This document shows positions 21,984-32,410 of a stretch of DNA of 64,000 bases, piece by piece (position 1 is the first letter of the stretch; each line of letters opens with the position of its first letter). Below the pieces are notes generated by a model, which worked only from the letters and a program-made list of their open reading frames with translations, was not told the DNA's origin and made no database searches. The translations under genes and the position numbers were made by a program. The stretch comes from Candidatus Dadabacteria bacterium (GTDB lineage: Bacteria > Desulfobacterota_D > UBA1144 > Nemesobacterales > CSP1-2). The DNA is taken from contig CAWDVW010000005.1 in NCBI GenBank assembly GCA_963805855.1, forward strand, positions 960,001-1,024,000. Reading direction: 5' to 3'.

Positions 21984-23675
21984 ATGGCTAAGGTTCACGG
22001 TGGATGGCTGGTTGCAAGGACACTACACGAGCTTGGCGTTAGAGAGGTCTTTTCACTCAGTGGCGGCCACATAAACCCGATCTATGATGCCTGTCAGGAC
22101 TTCGACATTAGGATCATCGATACCCATCACGAGCAAGGCGCATCCATGGCCGCCGACGCTTACGGGAGGGTCAAGAGAAAACCGGGCATCTGCCTTGTCA
22201 CAGCGGGTCCCGGGTTCACAAACACAGTTACAGGAATCGCCGGAGCCTATCTATCCAATTCCCCTCTAATTCTTCTCTCCGGGAAATCGGGAATCGAAGA
22301 AAACGACAGGCTTCCTCTCCAGGACATCGATCAACATTCAATAATCACGCCGATAACCAAATGGGCAAGCACCGTATTTGATACAAAGAGAATCCCAGAA
22401 TATATAACCACGGCCTACAGAAAAGCCATTTCGGGAAAGCCGGGGCCGGTATACATAGGAATGCCATACGAAGTTTTATATGCAAGCTGCGATCAGGAAC
22501 AGGTTAACCGCTATAACACAATCATTCCTGACTATAAGACCGAGCCTTCACAGGAATCCATTGTCCAGGCGATTAAAATGTTAAAAGCCTCAAAAAGGCC
22601 CCTGGCAATCGCGGGAAGCGGCGCATGGTATTCCGGTGCGGATAAAGAGCTCCGAAGGTTCTTAGACAATGCGCAGATTCCGATTTATACATTAAATTTC
22701 GGAAGGGGAATAGTCTCCGATAGCCACAGACAATGCTTTGGACCTGCTAGCCTTTCAGGCCCGGTAGCCTTCAAGAAGATATCCTCGGAGGCAGATTTAA
22801 TAATGCTCTTAGGCATAAGACTGAGCCTCTACATTGGGTTCGGGAGGTCCTTCAATCCCGAGGCAAAAATAATTCAGGTCGATATCGATCCCGGAGAAAT
22901 AGGGAGAAATAGGCCGGCAGATTTGGGGATTGTAGGTGACATAAGTAAATTCCTCTCTCAGCTATCCAATTATATTGAGGAAAACTCACTCAAGCTTAAC
23001 TACGAGCCATGGTTTAAAAAAGCAAGGTCCTGGAGAGACGAAGAATGGGATGCGTCCGAAGAGATCAGAAACTCTGATAAAACCCCCATCCATGCCCTCA
23101 GGGTAATAAAGGAAGTCGAAGAGGTGTTCGGTGAAGATGGAATGCTGGTCATAGACGGCGGCGACACACAGGCCTGGACAGATGGTACGTACAGAGTGAG
23201 GAAACCGGGTCATTACGTAAAAGGTGGACCACTTGGTTGCATGGGGGTAGGGGTACCATTCGCAATCGGAACAAAGGTGGCTTATCCCGAAAAGCAGGTA
23301 GCGCTCATTAGCGGAGACGGGGCTATCGGTATGAATTTCATGGAATTTGAGACAGCAATTAGGCATAAGATCCCATTTGTAGCCGTGGTCTGCAACGATC
23401 AGTCATGGGGCATGACTAAGCATCAGCTCTGGCTTACCTATGGAAGGGAGAGACCTACTGCGGGTGTCGACCTTGAGCTAACGCCATTTCATGAGATGGT
23501 GAAGGTTCTGGGCGGATATGGAGAACTCGTTACGGAACCTGCGAAAATACGTAGTGCTATAGAGAGAGCAATTTCCTCGGGTGTAGCCTCACTCATAAAT
23601 ATCACCACCGACCCCGAAGCAATAAGCCCTTCAACATATGGGCTTACCCAGATGATGCTTCCAAAGGAGAAATGA
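21984..23675 (+). CDS. ThDP-dependent enzyme (acetolactate synthase-like/2-hydroxyacyl-CoA lyase-like)
   Basis: SGGHI, HEQ..SMAAD, TAGPG.TN, GDGA...NDQSWG ThDP motif. Confidence 0.85.
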   Translation: MAKVHGGWLVARTLHELGVREVFSLSGGHINPIYDACQDFDIRIIDTHHEQGASMAADAYGRVKRKPGICLVTAGPGFTNTVTGIAGAYLSNSPLILLSGKSGIEENDRLPLQDIDQHSIITPITKWASTVFDTKRIPEYITTAYRKAISGKPGPVYIGMPYEVLYASCDQEQVNRYNTIIPDYKTEPSQESIVQAIKMLKASKRPLAIAGSGAWYSGADKELRRFLDNAQIPIYTLNFGRGIVSDSHRQCFGPASLSGPVAFKKISSEADLIMLLGIRLSLYIGFGRSFNPEAKIIQVDIDPGEIGRNRPADLGIVGDISKFLSQLSNYIEENSLKLNYEPWFKKARSWRDEEWDASEEIRNSDKTPIHALRVIKEVEEVFGEDGMLVIDGGDTQAWTDGTYRVRKPGHYVKGGPLGCMGVGVPFAIGTKVAYPEKQVALISGDGAIGMNFMEFETAIRHKIPFVAVVCNDQSWGMTKHQLWLTYGRERPTAGVDLELTPFHEMVKVLGGYGELVTEPAKIRSAIERAISSGVASLINITTDPEAISPSTYGLTQMMLPKEK

Positions 23676-23800
23676 TTTAGCCACAAATTAACACAAATGG
23701 ACACGAATAAATATGGCTTCAATCTATCACGAGCAAGCCTGTCCTGAGCAATGCCGAAGGGACTCGTGATCTACCCAATTATTGGGAAATAAAAAGGATC

Positions 23801-23945
23801 GGGTAGCCCGCCAGTCTTGCTGGCGGGTGATAAGCGGTGACCAAGCGTCCGTACCGAGCTTGGCCGAGGGTAGGAATTATAAAAGAGAAACAGGACGCAT
23901 GACCCTTCTTTAAATCAAACCTCGCAGTTGTCCTAAAATGGGAGG
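23801..23945 (+). mobile_element. Structured non-coding segment resembling an IS110-family left end; no transposase follows
   Basis: Three stems (23807-23827, 23841-23863, 23865-23924), then GGAGG and a short GTG ORF (MHASHETFVEVSV...). Confidence 0.4.
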
Positions 23946-24174
23946 TCAATGTGCATGCCTCACATGAAACATTTGTTGAAGTATCTGTTGTCTCCATGAC
24001 CTTTTTTACCAAGAGATGGTAGAAAAATGGAAAGAAAGACTGCTCGAGCTTCAGACTACAAGAACTGGAAATTGATCGTAACCGGTTTCTCCGTCTCAGT
24101 AGTCATGGAAGTTACTTTAAGTGATATAACCAAGCACCGGGTGCTAAGGGACAAGTAATCAAGAAAGGTAATAG

Positions 24175-25497
24175 ATGACAAAAAACAACTCCAAGACGAT
24201 TTTTGGCTGGTGCATGTACGACTGGGCAAACTCAGCATACTCTACAACGGTCGCTGCAGGGCTCCTTCCGGTGTATTTCGCCACTGTCGTTGTGGGTTCT
24301 GATGGCTTAACGATTGGAGGTACTAACGTCAGCGCCACCACGCTCTGGGGCATAATCGTCGGTATGGCTGCTTTAACCACATTTCTTGTAACTCCCGTAC
24401 TTGGCGCAATCGCAGACTTTGCGAATGCCAAAAAGCGTTTCTTGCTTCTACTTGCCTACACGGGTTCGCTCTTCACCCTATTTCTCTATTTTTCTAAAGA
24501 AGGAGATGTGTTCAGCACCCTGATCATCTTCTTCATTACGCAGGTGTGTTTTATCGGCGCCAATGTATTTTATGATGCCTTCCTCCCCCACATTTGTACT
24601 GACGAGGAAATGGATATGATCTCCAGCAAGGGTTTTTCATACGGCTATATAGGGGGAGGGCTTCAGTTTGCGCTGACGCTTGCGCTTGTTGCGGGACACA
24701 ACTTCATTGGAATATCTCAAGCCATGGCGGTGAGGATCGGCATACTGGGGGCGGGGCTCTGGTGGGCAGGTTTTACGATCTTTACGGCGAAATATCTGAT
24801 TGAAACTCGTCGGGCAAGTTCTCGTCCAGACCATCAGGGCGATCTCGGTTTGTCTCCCTTGGTATACGCTCGCGTGGGGTTTTCACGACTGATTCAAACC
24901 ACGAAGCACGTTCGGAGATTTCGACACCTCGTGCTTTTTCTCATAGCCTTCATGCTTTATAACGACGCGATACAAACTGTGCTCGATATGGCTACCATCT
25001 ACGGAGCGGAAGAGCTCAAACTTTCGGCAACACCACTACTTGTCACGCTCCTGATTATCCAGTTGGTTGCCGCCGTCGGGGCATTTATATTTGGCAGGTT
25101 CGCGGCGATTGTCGGGACAAAAAGAGCCGTCATGGCAACACTTGCGCTCTGGTCTTTGATTGTAGTTTATGCCTACTTCATAACAACGACACTCCAGTTT
25201 TTCGCCGCGGGCGTTATGGTTGGAATCGTTATGGGCGGGTCTCAGGCACTCAGCCGTTCGTTTTACGGCTCAATGATTCCAAAAGAGGCGAGCGCCGAGT
25301 TCTACGGCTTTTACACAGTCTTTAGTAAATTCTCGGCAATCTGGGGCCCTTTTGTATTCGCCTTCATCCGTCAGACTACTGGCTCGGCGAGGAACTCAAT
25401 TCTTTCAATCGTAGTTTTTTTCATAGCTGGACTTGTTCTCTTACATTTCGTTGACGAAAAAAAGGCGCGGGAAGCAAAACTCGCAGGTGCCTTTTAG
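24175..25497 (+). CDS. MFS transporter, UMF1/Atg22 family
   Basis: WCMYDWANSA, P.LGAIAD, FYDAFLP, GG.QALSRS, EFYGFY. Confidence 0.9.
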   Translation: MTKNNSKTIFGWCMYDWANSAYSTTVAAGLLPVYFATVVVGSDGLTIGGTNVSATTLWGIIVGMAALTTFLVTPVLGAIADFANAKKRFLLLLAYTGSLFTLFLYFSKEGDVFSTLIIFFITQVCFIGANVFYDAFLPHICTDEEMDMISSKGFSYGYIGGGLQFALTLALVAGHNFIGISQAMAVRIGILGAGLWWAGFTIFTAKYLIETRRASSRPDHQGDLGLSPLVYARVGFSRLIQTTKHVRRFRHLVLFLIAFMLYNDAIQTVLDMATIYGAEELKLSATPLLVTLLIIQLVAAVGAFIFGRFAAIVGTKRAVMATLALWSLIVVYAYFITTTLQFFAAGVMVGIVMGGSQALSRSFYGSMIPKEASAEFYGFYTVFSKFSAIWGPFVFAFIRQTTGSARNSILSIVVFFIAGLVLLHFVDEKKAREAKLAGAF

Positions 25498-25770
25498 CAG
25501 AGGTTTCAGGTTTCGGGATAATTTCATTAGGGTCACGACATAACTTCCGGACGAAGCAATAGTGACGGAAACAGCCCTCAATGAACATGAGCAACTCTTC
25601 GAAAGCGGAACAAACTTATCCCCGTGCATCCTGAGCCCAGTCGAAGGATCATATTTGATCGGTTTCTATTTTTGGTCACACTTCAATAATTCCTGCTGAA
25701 TTCCTGCTGTCCTGTTACTCGCGATTTTCCGGATGACCTAATTTGGCTCTTCCTATAACCTTAAAAAGAA

Positions 25771-25874
25771 AAAGGGGGCACGCAAACCTTATTTTCTGTA
25801 AAAGAGTCGTGAAGAGGGCAAAGAAACGAATTGATTACCGAATCATGAAATTATCCATAGTCAAGATGTGTCAC
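25771..25874 (+). mobile_element. Miniature repeat element, copy A
   Basis: Shares aagagtcgtgaagag and tccatagtcaagatgtgtcac with 26705-26817 at the same 936-bp offset. Confidence 0.65.
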
Positions 25875-26044
25875 TGTTTTGTTTTATTTCCTTAGCTTTC
25901 GATAGAAGATTTACAAAACAATATATAAATCTTTACAGTATGATTGGTGCTCAATTACATGCATGACACTGAGCGCGTTTTGAAGTTTCTGACAGCTATT
26001 CATCCATTCAGGACAAGGTCAAGCAACGACCCCGAAAAACGACC

Positions 26045-26069
26045 CCGCTCCAACGCATAGTTAGGTGGC
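26045..26069 (-). other. Truncated attC site (left arm only)
   Basis: Minus strand GCCACCTAAC-TATGCGTTGGAGCGG right at the cassette stop; RYYYAAC inverse core complementary to GTTAGGTGGC at the cassette start. Confidence 0.7.
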
Positions 26070-26474
26070 ATGCTGGACGACGCAAAACATCAGGACGCCG
26101 AGACCGGCGGCAACTGTGAGCATGAGCGCTGCGAAGATGTACAAGAATATCGATAGCACGAGCATTTCTGGAGCGACACGGAATCCGAGCGCGTCGCGAA
26201 TCCGAAATACCTCTTGGCGAACGAATTTCTGCTGCACGCCACCGTATATGAATAGGCCGGCGAATAGAATGCTCATGAGCAGCGGCAGCGCGAGCGTCCA
26301 CCGCATCAGCGATTCAGATTGATGCGCAAAGTAGTAAGAGACAAGCGCACCAGTAATTGCGTAGTAGAAGACGTTCAGCTCAATCGTGAGCTTCAGATAG
26401 TGCTTGTAGAGATCGACACTTATCTCATATTGGCGCATCAGTTCGGCGCGGGTCGGAAATGGCTGGGCGCTCAT
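26061..26474 (-). CDS. Integron gene-cassette membrane protein of unknown function
   Basis: 137 aa, about 3 hydrophobic helices, visibly GC-richer than flanks; bounded by GTTAGGT core and ACCTAAC inverse core. Confidence 0.8.
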   Translation of the reverse strand: MSAQPFPTRAELMRQYEISVDLYKHYLKLTIELNVFYYAITGALVSYYFAHQSESLMRWTLALPLLMSILFAGLFIYGGVQQKFVRQEVFRIRDALGFRVAPEMLVLSIFLYIFAALMLTVAAGLGVLMFCVVQHAT

Positions 26475-26483
26475 GTGAATGCC

Positions 26484-26523
26484 ACCTAACTACTGATTAT
26501 ACGGAATTATTTCCGTATAATCA
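26484..26523 (-). other. Integron attI site
   Basis: GTTAGGT core next to perfect 13-bp IR tgattatacggaa-N4-ttccgtataatca, between cassette and divergent intI remnant. Confidence 0.7.
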
Positions 26524-26575
26524 TCTCTTTTCGAGTACTATGCAGAATCCGTAACTCTCTTTTCCTTTGTTTGGG

Positions 26576-26604
26576 AGTATAATTTAAATGACCCTTTAAT
26601 TCAA
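26576..26604 (-). promoter_or_regulatory. Candidate cassette promoter (Pc)
   Basis: Minus strand TTGAAT-N17-TATACT pointing into attI. Confidence 0.55.
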
Positions 26605-26621
26605 ATTGCGTGTGAAAAATT

Positions 26622-26702
26622 ATGAGACAACGCACCAAAAAACTTCTCGATCGTGCACGAGAGACCATACGGCGAAAGAATTACCCTATTCGTACGGAAA
26701 GA
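26622..26702 (+). pseudogene. intI: Integron integrase N-terminal remnant
   Basis: MRQRTKKLLDRARETIRRKNYPIRTER matches the IntI start (KLLD.VR..IR.KHYS.RTE); cut by repeat copy B. Confidence 0.8.
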
Positions 26703-26704
26703 GT

Positions 26705-26817
26705 AATAAAGGGGAACACAACATTTAATTTATGTATAAGAGTCGTGAAGAGAGGAAAGAAATAAATTAATGGCGTAATCTCGAAACCGTCCATAGTCAA
26801 GATGTGTCACCTTTATT
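26705..26817 (+). mobile_element. Miniature repeat element, copy B, with imperfect terminal IR
   Basis: aataaaggggaacaca...tgtgtcacctttatt; colinear with copy A. Confidence 0.65.
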
Positions 26818-26867
26818 CTTGTGACCCCAAAAGTATCTGCTTCATTTATCTTACTTTTCATTCTAAC

Positions 26868-27103
26868 TTCTTTGTCTTGATACAAAGAAGCTACGCTTCG
26901 ATCCTTCGATAATGCCTCAGGACAAGGCTACCCAAAATCCTCCTTTAGAAAAGGAGGAAATGAAATGTGGAGGTCTAAAGACCTCCGCTACATTTGATTC
27001 CCACGTCTTTCCATGTATTAATGCCCGTTCGGGGAACGGGCGCTAAATTCATCTTTTCTGCGCCCATCCTCCCCTTTAGGAAAGGGGAGTTAGAGGGGAT
27101 TTT
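26868..27103. repeat. Cluster of REP-like palindromes of several families
   Basis: ttctttgtcttgatacaaagaa (reverse complement at 58649-58670), ccttcga..ctcaggaca, cctcctttagaaaaggagg, tggaggtctaaagacctccgctacat, gcccgttc..gaacgggc, ctcccctttaggaaaggggag. Confidence 0.7.
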
Positions 27104-27285
27104 AACGTCTTCGCTTCTGATTTTCTTAACGCAATTTTTGGAAGGCCCTTTAAGCACTTTTCATTCTGAAAAGGTTTGGTGGAACTAAAACTATCCATCA
27201 AACCGTAAGAATTTTGTCCACGAAGCATCTAACATTTAGAGAAATGACATATGGACTAATATAAAAATAGTTGATATAAAAGAAT

Positions 27286-29082
27286 TTATGAGGTCTTGAG
27301 GACGGCCAAGAAGGCCTCCTGGGGGATTTCAATCTTCCCGATCTGTTTCAGGCGTTTTTTTCCTTCTTTCTGCTTTTCAAGCAGCTTCCTTTTCCTCGTC
27401 ACGTCTCCGCCGTAGCACTTCGCCGTAACGTCCTTCCTCACAGCCTTTACATTCTCGCGAGCTATTACGCGGTTTCCGATCGCCGCCTGGATCGCAACCT
27501 CATAGAGCTGTCTCGGGATTATCTCCCTGAGTTTTTCGATCAGCACCTTCCCCCTCTCATAGGATTTTTCCTTATGGACGATAATCGAAAGCGCGTCAAC
27601 AGGCTCACCGTTTATCAGGATGTCTAGCTTTATTAGATCGGAGGACTTATACCCCATCGGCTCATAATCCATAGATGCATAACCACGGGACACAGATTTC
27701 AAGGCGTCGTAGAAATCGAAAATTATTTCTGATAGCGGCAATTCATATTTCACAATGACCCTGTCCTGTGTGACATAATTTATTTCAGATTGAAGTCCCC
27801 GCCTCCTCCTGCATATTTCAAAGATGGAACCCAAATATTGAGTCGGTGTGTGAATACTGACAAGCACATACGGCTCTTCTATAAACTCGATTTTATCCGG
27901 TTTTGGAAGCTTGCTTGGATTATCTACAAAATAAACATCTCCCGACTTATCATTAATCCTATAAACTACAGTCGGGGCGGTTGAGATTAGATCAAGTTCA
28001 GCCTCCCTCTCCAATCTCTCCCTCACGATCTCCATGTGAAGCAGACCAAGAAACCCACACCGAAAACCAAACCCGAGGGCGACCGAGGTTTCAGGTTCAT
28101 AGATTAGAGAAGAATCGTTCAATGCCAGCTTTTCAAGTTCGTCCCTTAGTTTTTCATAATCACCGGGGTCAATGGGATAGAGTCCGCTAAATACCATCGG
28201 CTTCATGACGCGAAAACCCGAAAGAGGAGAATTCGTTGTGCTCATCGCATCCGTTATGGTATCACCAACCTTCGCCTCCTTTATCTCTTTTATGGCAGCC
28301 GTAATAAATCCTACCTCGCCCGTCGCCAGCTCCCCAACTTCAATAGCGTGAGGAGAAAATACACCTAACTTTTTAATTTCATACATCTTGCCCGTGGACA
28401 TGAGCTTTACCCTCATTCCGAGCCTTACGCTTCCCTCAAAGACCCTGACAAGCATCACCACTCCCTGGTACGAATCAAACCAGCTGTCAAAAATCAATGC
28501 CTTCAGTGGTTCATTTACAGCCGGCTTGGGAGGAGGGATCTTCAATATGACAGCTTCAAGAATCTCCTTAATACCGATACCTTCTTTAGCACTCGCAAGG
28601 AGTGCGTTCTCGGCTTCTATCCCTATGACGTTCTCTATCTCTTTAACTACCCTCCCCGGGTCGGCAGAGGGAAGATCAATCTTGTTTATCACCGGAATCA
28701 ATTCAAGCCCGGAATCGGACGCAAGATATGCATTAGCGACTGTCTGTGCCTCGACACCCTGTGATGCATCCACAACAAGAATAGCGCCCTCACAGGCCAT
28801 TAAACTCCTCGAAACCTCGTAGCTGAAGTCCACATGACCGGGCGTGTCAATCAGATTCAACTCGTAATTATTGCCATCGTCCGCCTTATAGTTTAGCCTC
28901 ACGGCTTGCGCCTTAATGGTTATTCCCCGTTCCCTCTCTATCTCCATGGTGTCAAGAAATTGCTCTGTCATTTCACGCTGACTTACACTGCCGGTTATCT
29001 CAAGGATTCTATCCGCAAGCGTAGATTTCCCATGATCTACATGAGCGATTATGCAAAAATTCCTAATATATTTAGATTCCAT
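27286..29082 (-). CDS. lepA: Elongation factor 4
   Basis: [39 protein letters not shown]. Confidence 0.98.
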   Translation of the reverse strand: MESKYIRNFCIIAHVDHGKSTLADRILEITGSVSQREMTEQFLDTMEIERERGITIKAQAVRLNYKADDGNNYELNLIDTPGHVDFSYEVSRSLMACEGAILVVDASQGVEAQTVANAYLASDSGLELIPVINKIDLPSADPGRVVKEIENVIGIEAENALLASAKEGIGIKEILEAVILKIPPPKPAVNEPLKALIFDSWFDSYQGVVMLVRVFEGSVRLGMRVKLMSTGKMYEIKKLGVFSPHAIEVGELATGEVGFITAAIKEIKEAKVGDTITDAMSTTNSPLSGFRVMKPMVFSGLYPIDPGDYEKLRDELEKLALNDSSLIYEPETSVALGFGFRCGFLGLLHMEIVRERLEREAELDLISTAPTVVYRINDKSGDVYFVDNPSKLPKPDKIEFIEEPYVLVSIHTPTQYLGSIFEICRRRRGLQSEINYVTQDRVIVKYELPLSEIIFDFYDALKSVSRGYASMDYEPMGYKSSDLIKLDILINGEPVDALSIIVHKEKSYERGKVLIEKLREIIPRQLYEVAIQAAIGNRVIARENVKAVRKDVTAKCYGGDVTRKRKLLEKQKEGKKRLKQIGKIEIPQEAFLAVLKTS

Positions 29083-29242
29083 CTTCGAAACGGATTAGTA
29101 TAAAGTATGTAATCGCTTATTCAAATTTGGAATCATCAATCAATGGCAGTTCTATAGCGATAATAATTGATAAGAAAATAATCCATTCTGGAAAACCTAA
29201 ATTGAGTCGAATCGATTGTATTGATATAATGTCTCTTATATC

Positions 29243-31843
29243 ATGGCTTCAGAGACTCCTATGATTAAGCAGTATATGAAGATCAAAAACCAGTATTCCG
29301 ACGCTATACTGTTTTTTCGCCTAGGGGATTTCTATGAGATGTTTTTTGACGACGCCAAAATCGCATCGAAGGTCCTTGGTATCGCACTAACATCAAGGAA
29401 CAAATCAGAGAAGAACCCTGTGCCCCTTTGCGGTGTCCCCTTCCACAGCGTCGAGCCATACATAGCCACAATGCTCAGCCACGGATACAAAGTGGCTATA
29501 TGTGAACAGCTAGAAGAACCAAGTCAATCAAGCGGGATCGTCGAGCGCAGGGTAACAAGGGTACTTACCCCGGGTGTAATCATTGACTCAGAAAAATTAG
29601 ATTCGAAGACGAATAACTACCTTGCGAGTATATACTCCGACGGAAAATCCTATGGACTTGCATATTGTGATATTTCAACAGGTAAATTCAGGACAAGTTC
29701 TTTTTCCTCGCTTGACGAACTCAAAAGCGAGATCGCGAATATCGAGGCAAAGGAGATCCTTCTACCCGAGGATCTTCACAACAAGGAAGAATTAATAAGC
29801 CATTTTTCACGGTCATGGAACCCACTCCTGACAACGATAGATCCCTGGGTTTGGGAAATCGGTAGTTCAAGAGAAATTTTACAAGAACACCTGAATACAA
29901 AAACACTCGAACCGTTTGGACTCGACAACCACCCTGAATCGATTGTTTCCTGCGGAGCAATAATTCACTATCTCAAACAAACACAAATTGAAGATATGCC
30001 CCCCTTAGAAGACCCACTGTTCATTAAATCAACAGACTTCCTTTCCATCGATGAATCCACTAAGAAAAACCTTGAGCTCATGGGTAGCTTTCAAGGTACA
30101 AACAAAACTGGCTCTCTTCTCTGGGTACTTGACGAAACACTGACAGGGATGGGGGGTAGGCTGATCAGGCAGTGGCTCAATTATCCACTGATTGATCCCG
30201 AAGAGATCAGAGACAGGCTCGATTCCGTTGGAGAACTCATAGAGAAAAATGCCCTACGAAACAAACTGAGAAAGTCTCTAAGGGAGATAAGCGATATTGA
30301 AAGGTTAATTGGTAGAATTTCTACTAAATCCGCAAGGCCAAGGGATTTAGGGGCCCTGAGAGATTCCTTAAGCCTGATCTCAGAAGTAAAGACTTTATCA
30401 GAAAACCTTAATAAAACGCTAAATGCAAAGATTAGAAATGGAATAGACGACTTGGCTGACATTAGGGAATTGCTCGATAGATCCATAGTTGATGAGCCTC
30501 CTCTATCCTGCCGAGACGGCGGGATAATAAAGGAGGGTTTCAGAAAAGAGCTAGACGAGCTTCGGATCATCAAAAGGGATGGCAGAAAATGGATAGCCGG
30601 CCTTGAGGCGAAGGAGAGGGAGGCTACTGGCATAAATTCTCTTAAAATTGGTTATAACCGTGTTTTTGGTTATTACATCGAAATCACTAAGACAAACCTC
30701 CACCTTGCGCCGGACCATTATACAAGAAAGCAAACCCTTGTTAATGCCGAAAGGTTTATAACCCCTGAACTCAAGGATCAGGAGGAGAGGATACTTGGGG
30801 CCGAAGAAGAGATGATAGAGCTCGAAAAGGGGCTTTTCGAAGAGATAAGGGAAGGGGTATCCAAGGAAACTGATAGGATAAGGCTTACGGCTCACCTGAT
30901 AGGGATGATTGATGTAGTTTCTTCTCTAGCCCTGGTTGCCGAAAAATACAACTATGCCAAACCCCAAGTGTGTGATTCCAGATCAGTAGATATTAAAGAA
31001 AGTCGTCACCCAGTGGTAGAAAGGATGGAGCTTGGAGAGAGATTTGTTCCAAATGATGTGAGGCTCGATCACGAAGAAAACCAGTTTCTGATAATAACGG
31101 GCCCCAATATGGCAGGTAAATCCACCCTTATCAGACAGGTTGCATTGACCATAATCTTGGCCCAGATGGGTAGCTTCGTACCGGCGAAAGAAGCGAGGAT
31201 TGGGGTGGTAGATAGGATATTTACCCGGGTAGGCGCATCGGATAATCTCGTGAGGGGTCAGTCAACGTTCATGGTAGAGATGATGGAAACGGCCTATATC
31301 CTGAGGCACGCCACCCCTAAGAGCCTTGTCATACTGGATGAGATTGGACGGGGTACCAGCACTTTTGATGGAATGAGCATAGCCTGGGCAGTCGCAGAGT
31401 ATCTTTACGAGGTAGGTAGCATGGTACTTTTTGCAACCCATTATCACGAGCTAGCCCAGTTAGCGATCTCCAAAAAAAGGGTAAAAAACTACAACATATA
31501 TGTTAAAGAGGACAGAGGAAAAATAGTTTTCTTAAGGAAACTCATCCCAGGGGCTTCAAACCACAGCTATGGAATAGAGGTTGCAAACCTTGCAGGTGTA
31601 CCCGATAGGGTAATAAAGTCAGCCAAGGGCATACTTGCCAGAATCGAGAAATCCCACTTGAGCATCGGAACATCGATAAGGGGTGGCCAGATGCCACTGT
31701 TTAACAATCCGGAAGAGCAAAAAAAGGAAGACGATAAAGACAAGATAATAGAAGAATTAATCGATTTAGATCCGCTTTCGATGAGCCCTCTCGAGGCCCA
31801 TTCTAAGCTCATGGAGTTTAAAAAAAAATTGGGAAAGGGCTAA
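29243..31843 (+). CDS. mutS: DNA mismatch repair protein MutS
   Basis: TPM..QY, GDFYEMF, TGPNMAGKS, DEIGRGTS, ATHYHEL. Confidence 0.98.
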   Translation: MASETPMIKQYMKIKNQYSDAILFFRLGDFYEMFFDDAKIASKVLGIALTSRNKSEKNPVPLCGVPFHSVEPYIATMLSHGYKVAICEQLEEPSQSSGIVERRVTRVLTPGVIIDSEKLDSKTNNYLASIYSDGKSYGLAYCDISTGKFRTSSFSSLDELKSEIANIEAKEILLPEDLHNKEELISHFSRSWNPLLTTIDPWVWEIGSSREILQEHLNTKTLEPFGLDNHPESIVSCGAIIHYLKQTQIEDMPPLEDPLFIKSTDFLSIDESTKKNLELMGSFQGTNKTGSLLWVLDETLTGMGGRLIRQWLNYPLIDPEEIRDRLDSVGELIEKNALRNKLRKSLREISDIERLIGRISTKSARPRDLGALRDSLSLISEVKTLSENLNKTLNAKIRNGIDDLADIRELLDRSIVDEPPLSCRDGGIIKEGFRKELDELRIIKRDGRKWIAGLEAKEREATGINSLKIGYNRVFGYYIEITKTNLHLAPDHYTRKQTLVNAERFITPELKDQEERILGAEEEMIELEKGLFEEIREGVSKETDRIRLTAHLIGMIDVVSSLALVAEKYNYAKPQVCDSRSVDIKESRHPVVERMELGERFVPNDVRLDHEENQFLIITGPNMAGKSTLIRQVALTIILAQMGSFVPAKEARIGVVDRIFTRVGASDNLVRGQSTFMVEMMETAYILRHATPKSLVILDEIGRGTSTFDGMSIAWAVAEYLYEVGSMVLFATHYHELAQLAISKKRVKNYNIYVKEDRGKIVFLRKLIPGASNHSYGIEVANLAGVPDRVIKSAKGILARIEKSHLSIGTSIRGGQMPLFNNPEEQKKEDDKDKIIEELIDLDPLSMSPLEAHSKLMEFKKKLGKG

Positions 31844-31927
31844 AAGCTGCCTGGATAATCGATAGGCGCCATGGGATCAATTAATTTTTTTAAAATGCTG
31901 TCAAGGAGTAGAAAATCCCCAAACCCC

Positions 31928-32287
31928 ATGACCAGTAAAAAAACCGAAGGTCAGAGGGGCGAAGAAATTGCCTGCAAAGCACTCAAAAAGAAGGGCTACC
32001 GCATCCTTGATAAGAATTTTAGCTGCAGGCGAGGTGAGCTCGATATAGTAGCGGAGGATAATGATGTCGTCTGCTTCATAGAGGTCAAGGCTCGGTCCTC
32101 TGAAGACTACGGCCTTCCCGAAGAAGCCGTAACACACTGGAAGAAACGAAAACTCCTGAATACAGCCTTTGTTTATATTGAAAAAAAGAAAATCAAGGAT
32201 CGAGATATGCGCTTTGATATAATATCGGTCGATCTCAAAACACGGGAAGTGAGAATCCTCAAAGACGCGTTCGAGGCTGACCTCTGA
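31928..32287 (+). CDS. yraN: YraN family protein
   Basis: G..GE..A, GELDIVA, FIEVKAR, RFDII. Confidence 0.9.
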   Translation: MTSKKTEGQRGEEIACKALKKKGYRILDKNFSCRRGELDIVAEDNDVVCFIEVKARSSEDYGLPEEAVTHWKKRKLLNTAFVYIEKKKIKDRDMRFDIISVDLKTREVRILKDAFEADL

Positions 32288-32353
32288 CATTATATTATTC
32301 TTAAACCTAGGCACTTCAGCTTGACATCATTAAATTTTTGCATATGTTTATGT

Positions 32354-32380
32354 CTAGCACTCTGTATCTCCGAGTGCTAT
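32354..32380 (+). promoter_or_regulatory. CIRCE operator of groESL-2
   Basis: CTAGCACTC-N9-GAGTGCTAT, downstream of TTGACA at 32321. Confidence 0.88.
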
Positions 32381-32410
32381 TCTTCAACATTTCACCAGGA
32401 GGTTTCTTTT

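Noticed and set aside
26975-27188. Small ORFs downstream of lepA
   Set aside because: They consist of palindromic repeat sequence.
32321-32410. 30-aa N-terminal extension of GroES-2 in the ORF track
   Set aside because: It spans the -35 box and CIRCE; the real start is ATG 32411 after AGGAGG.
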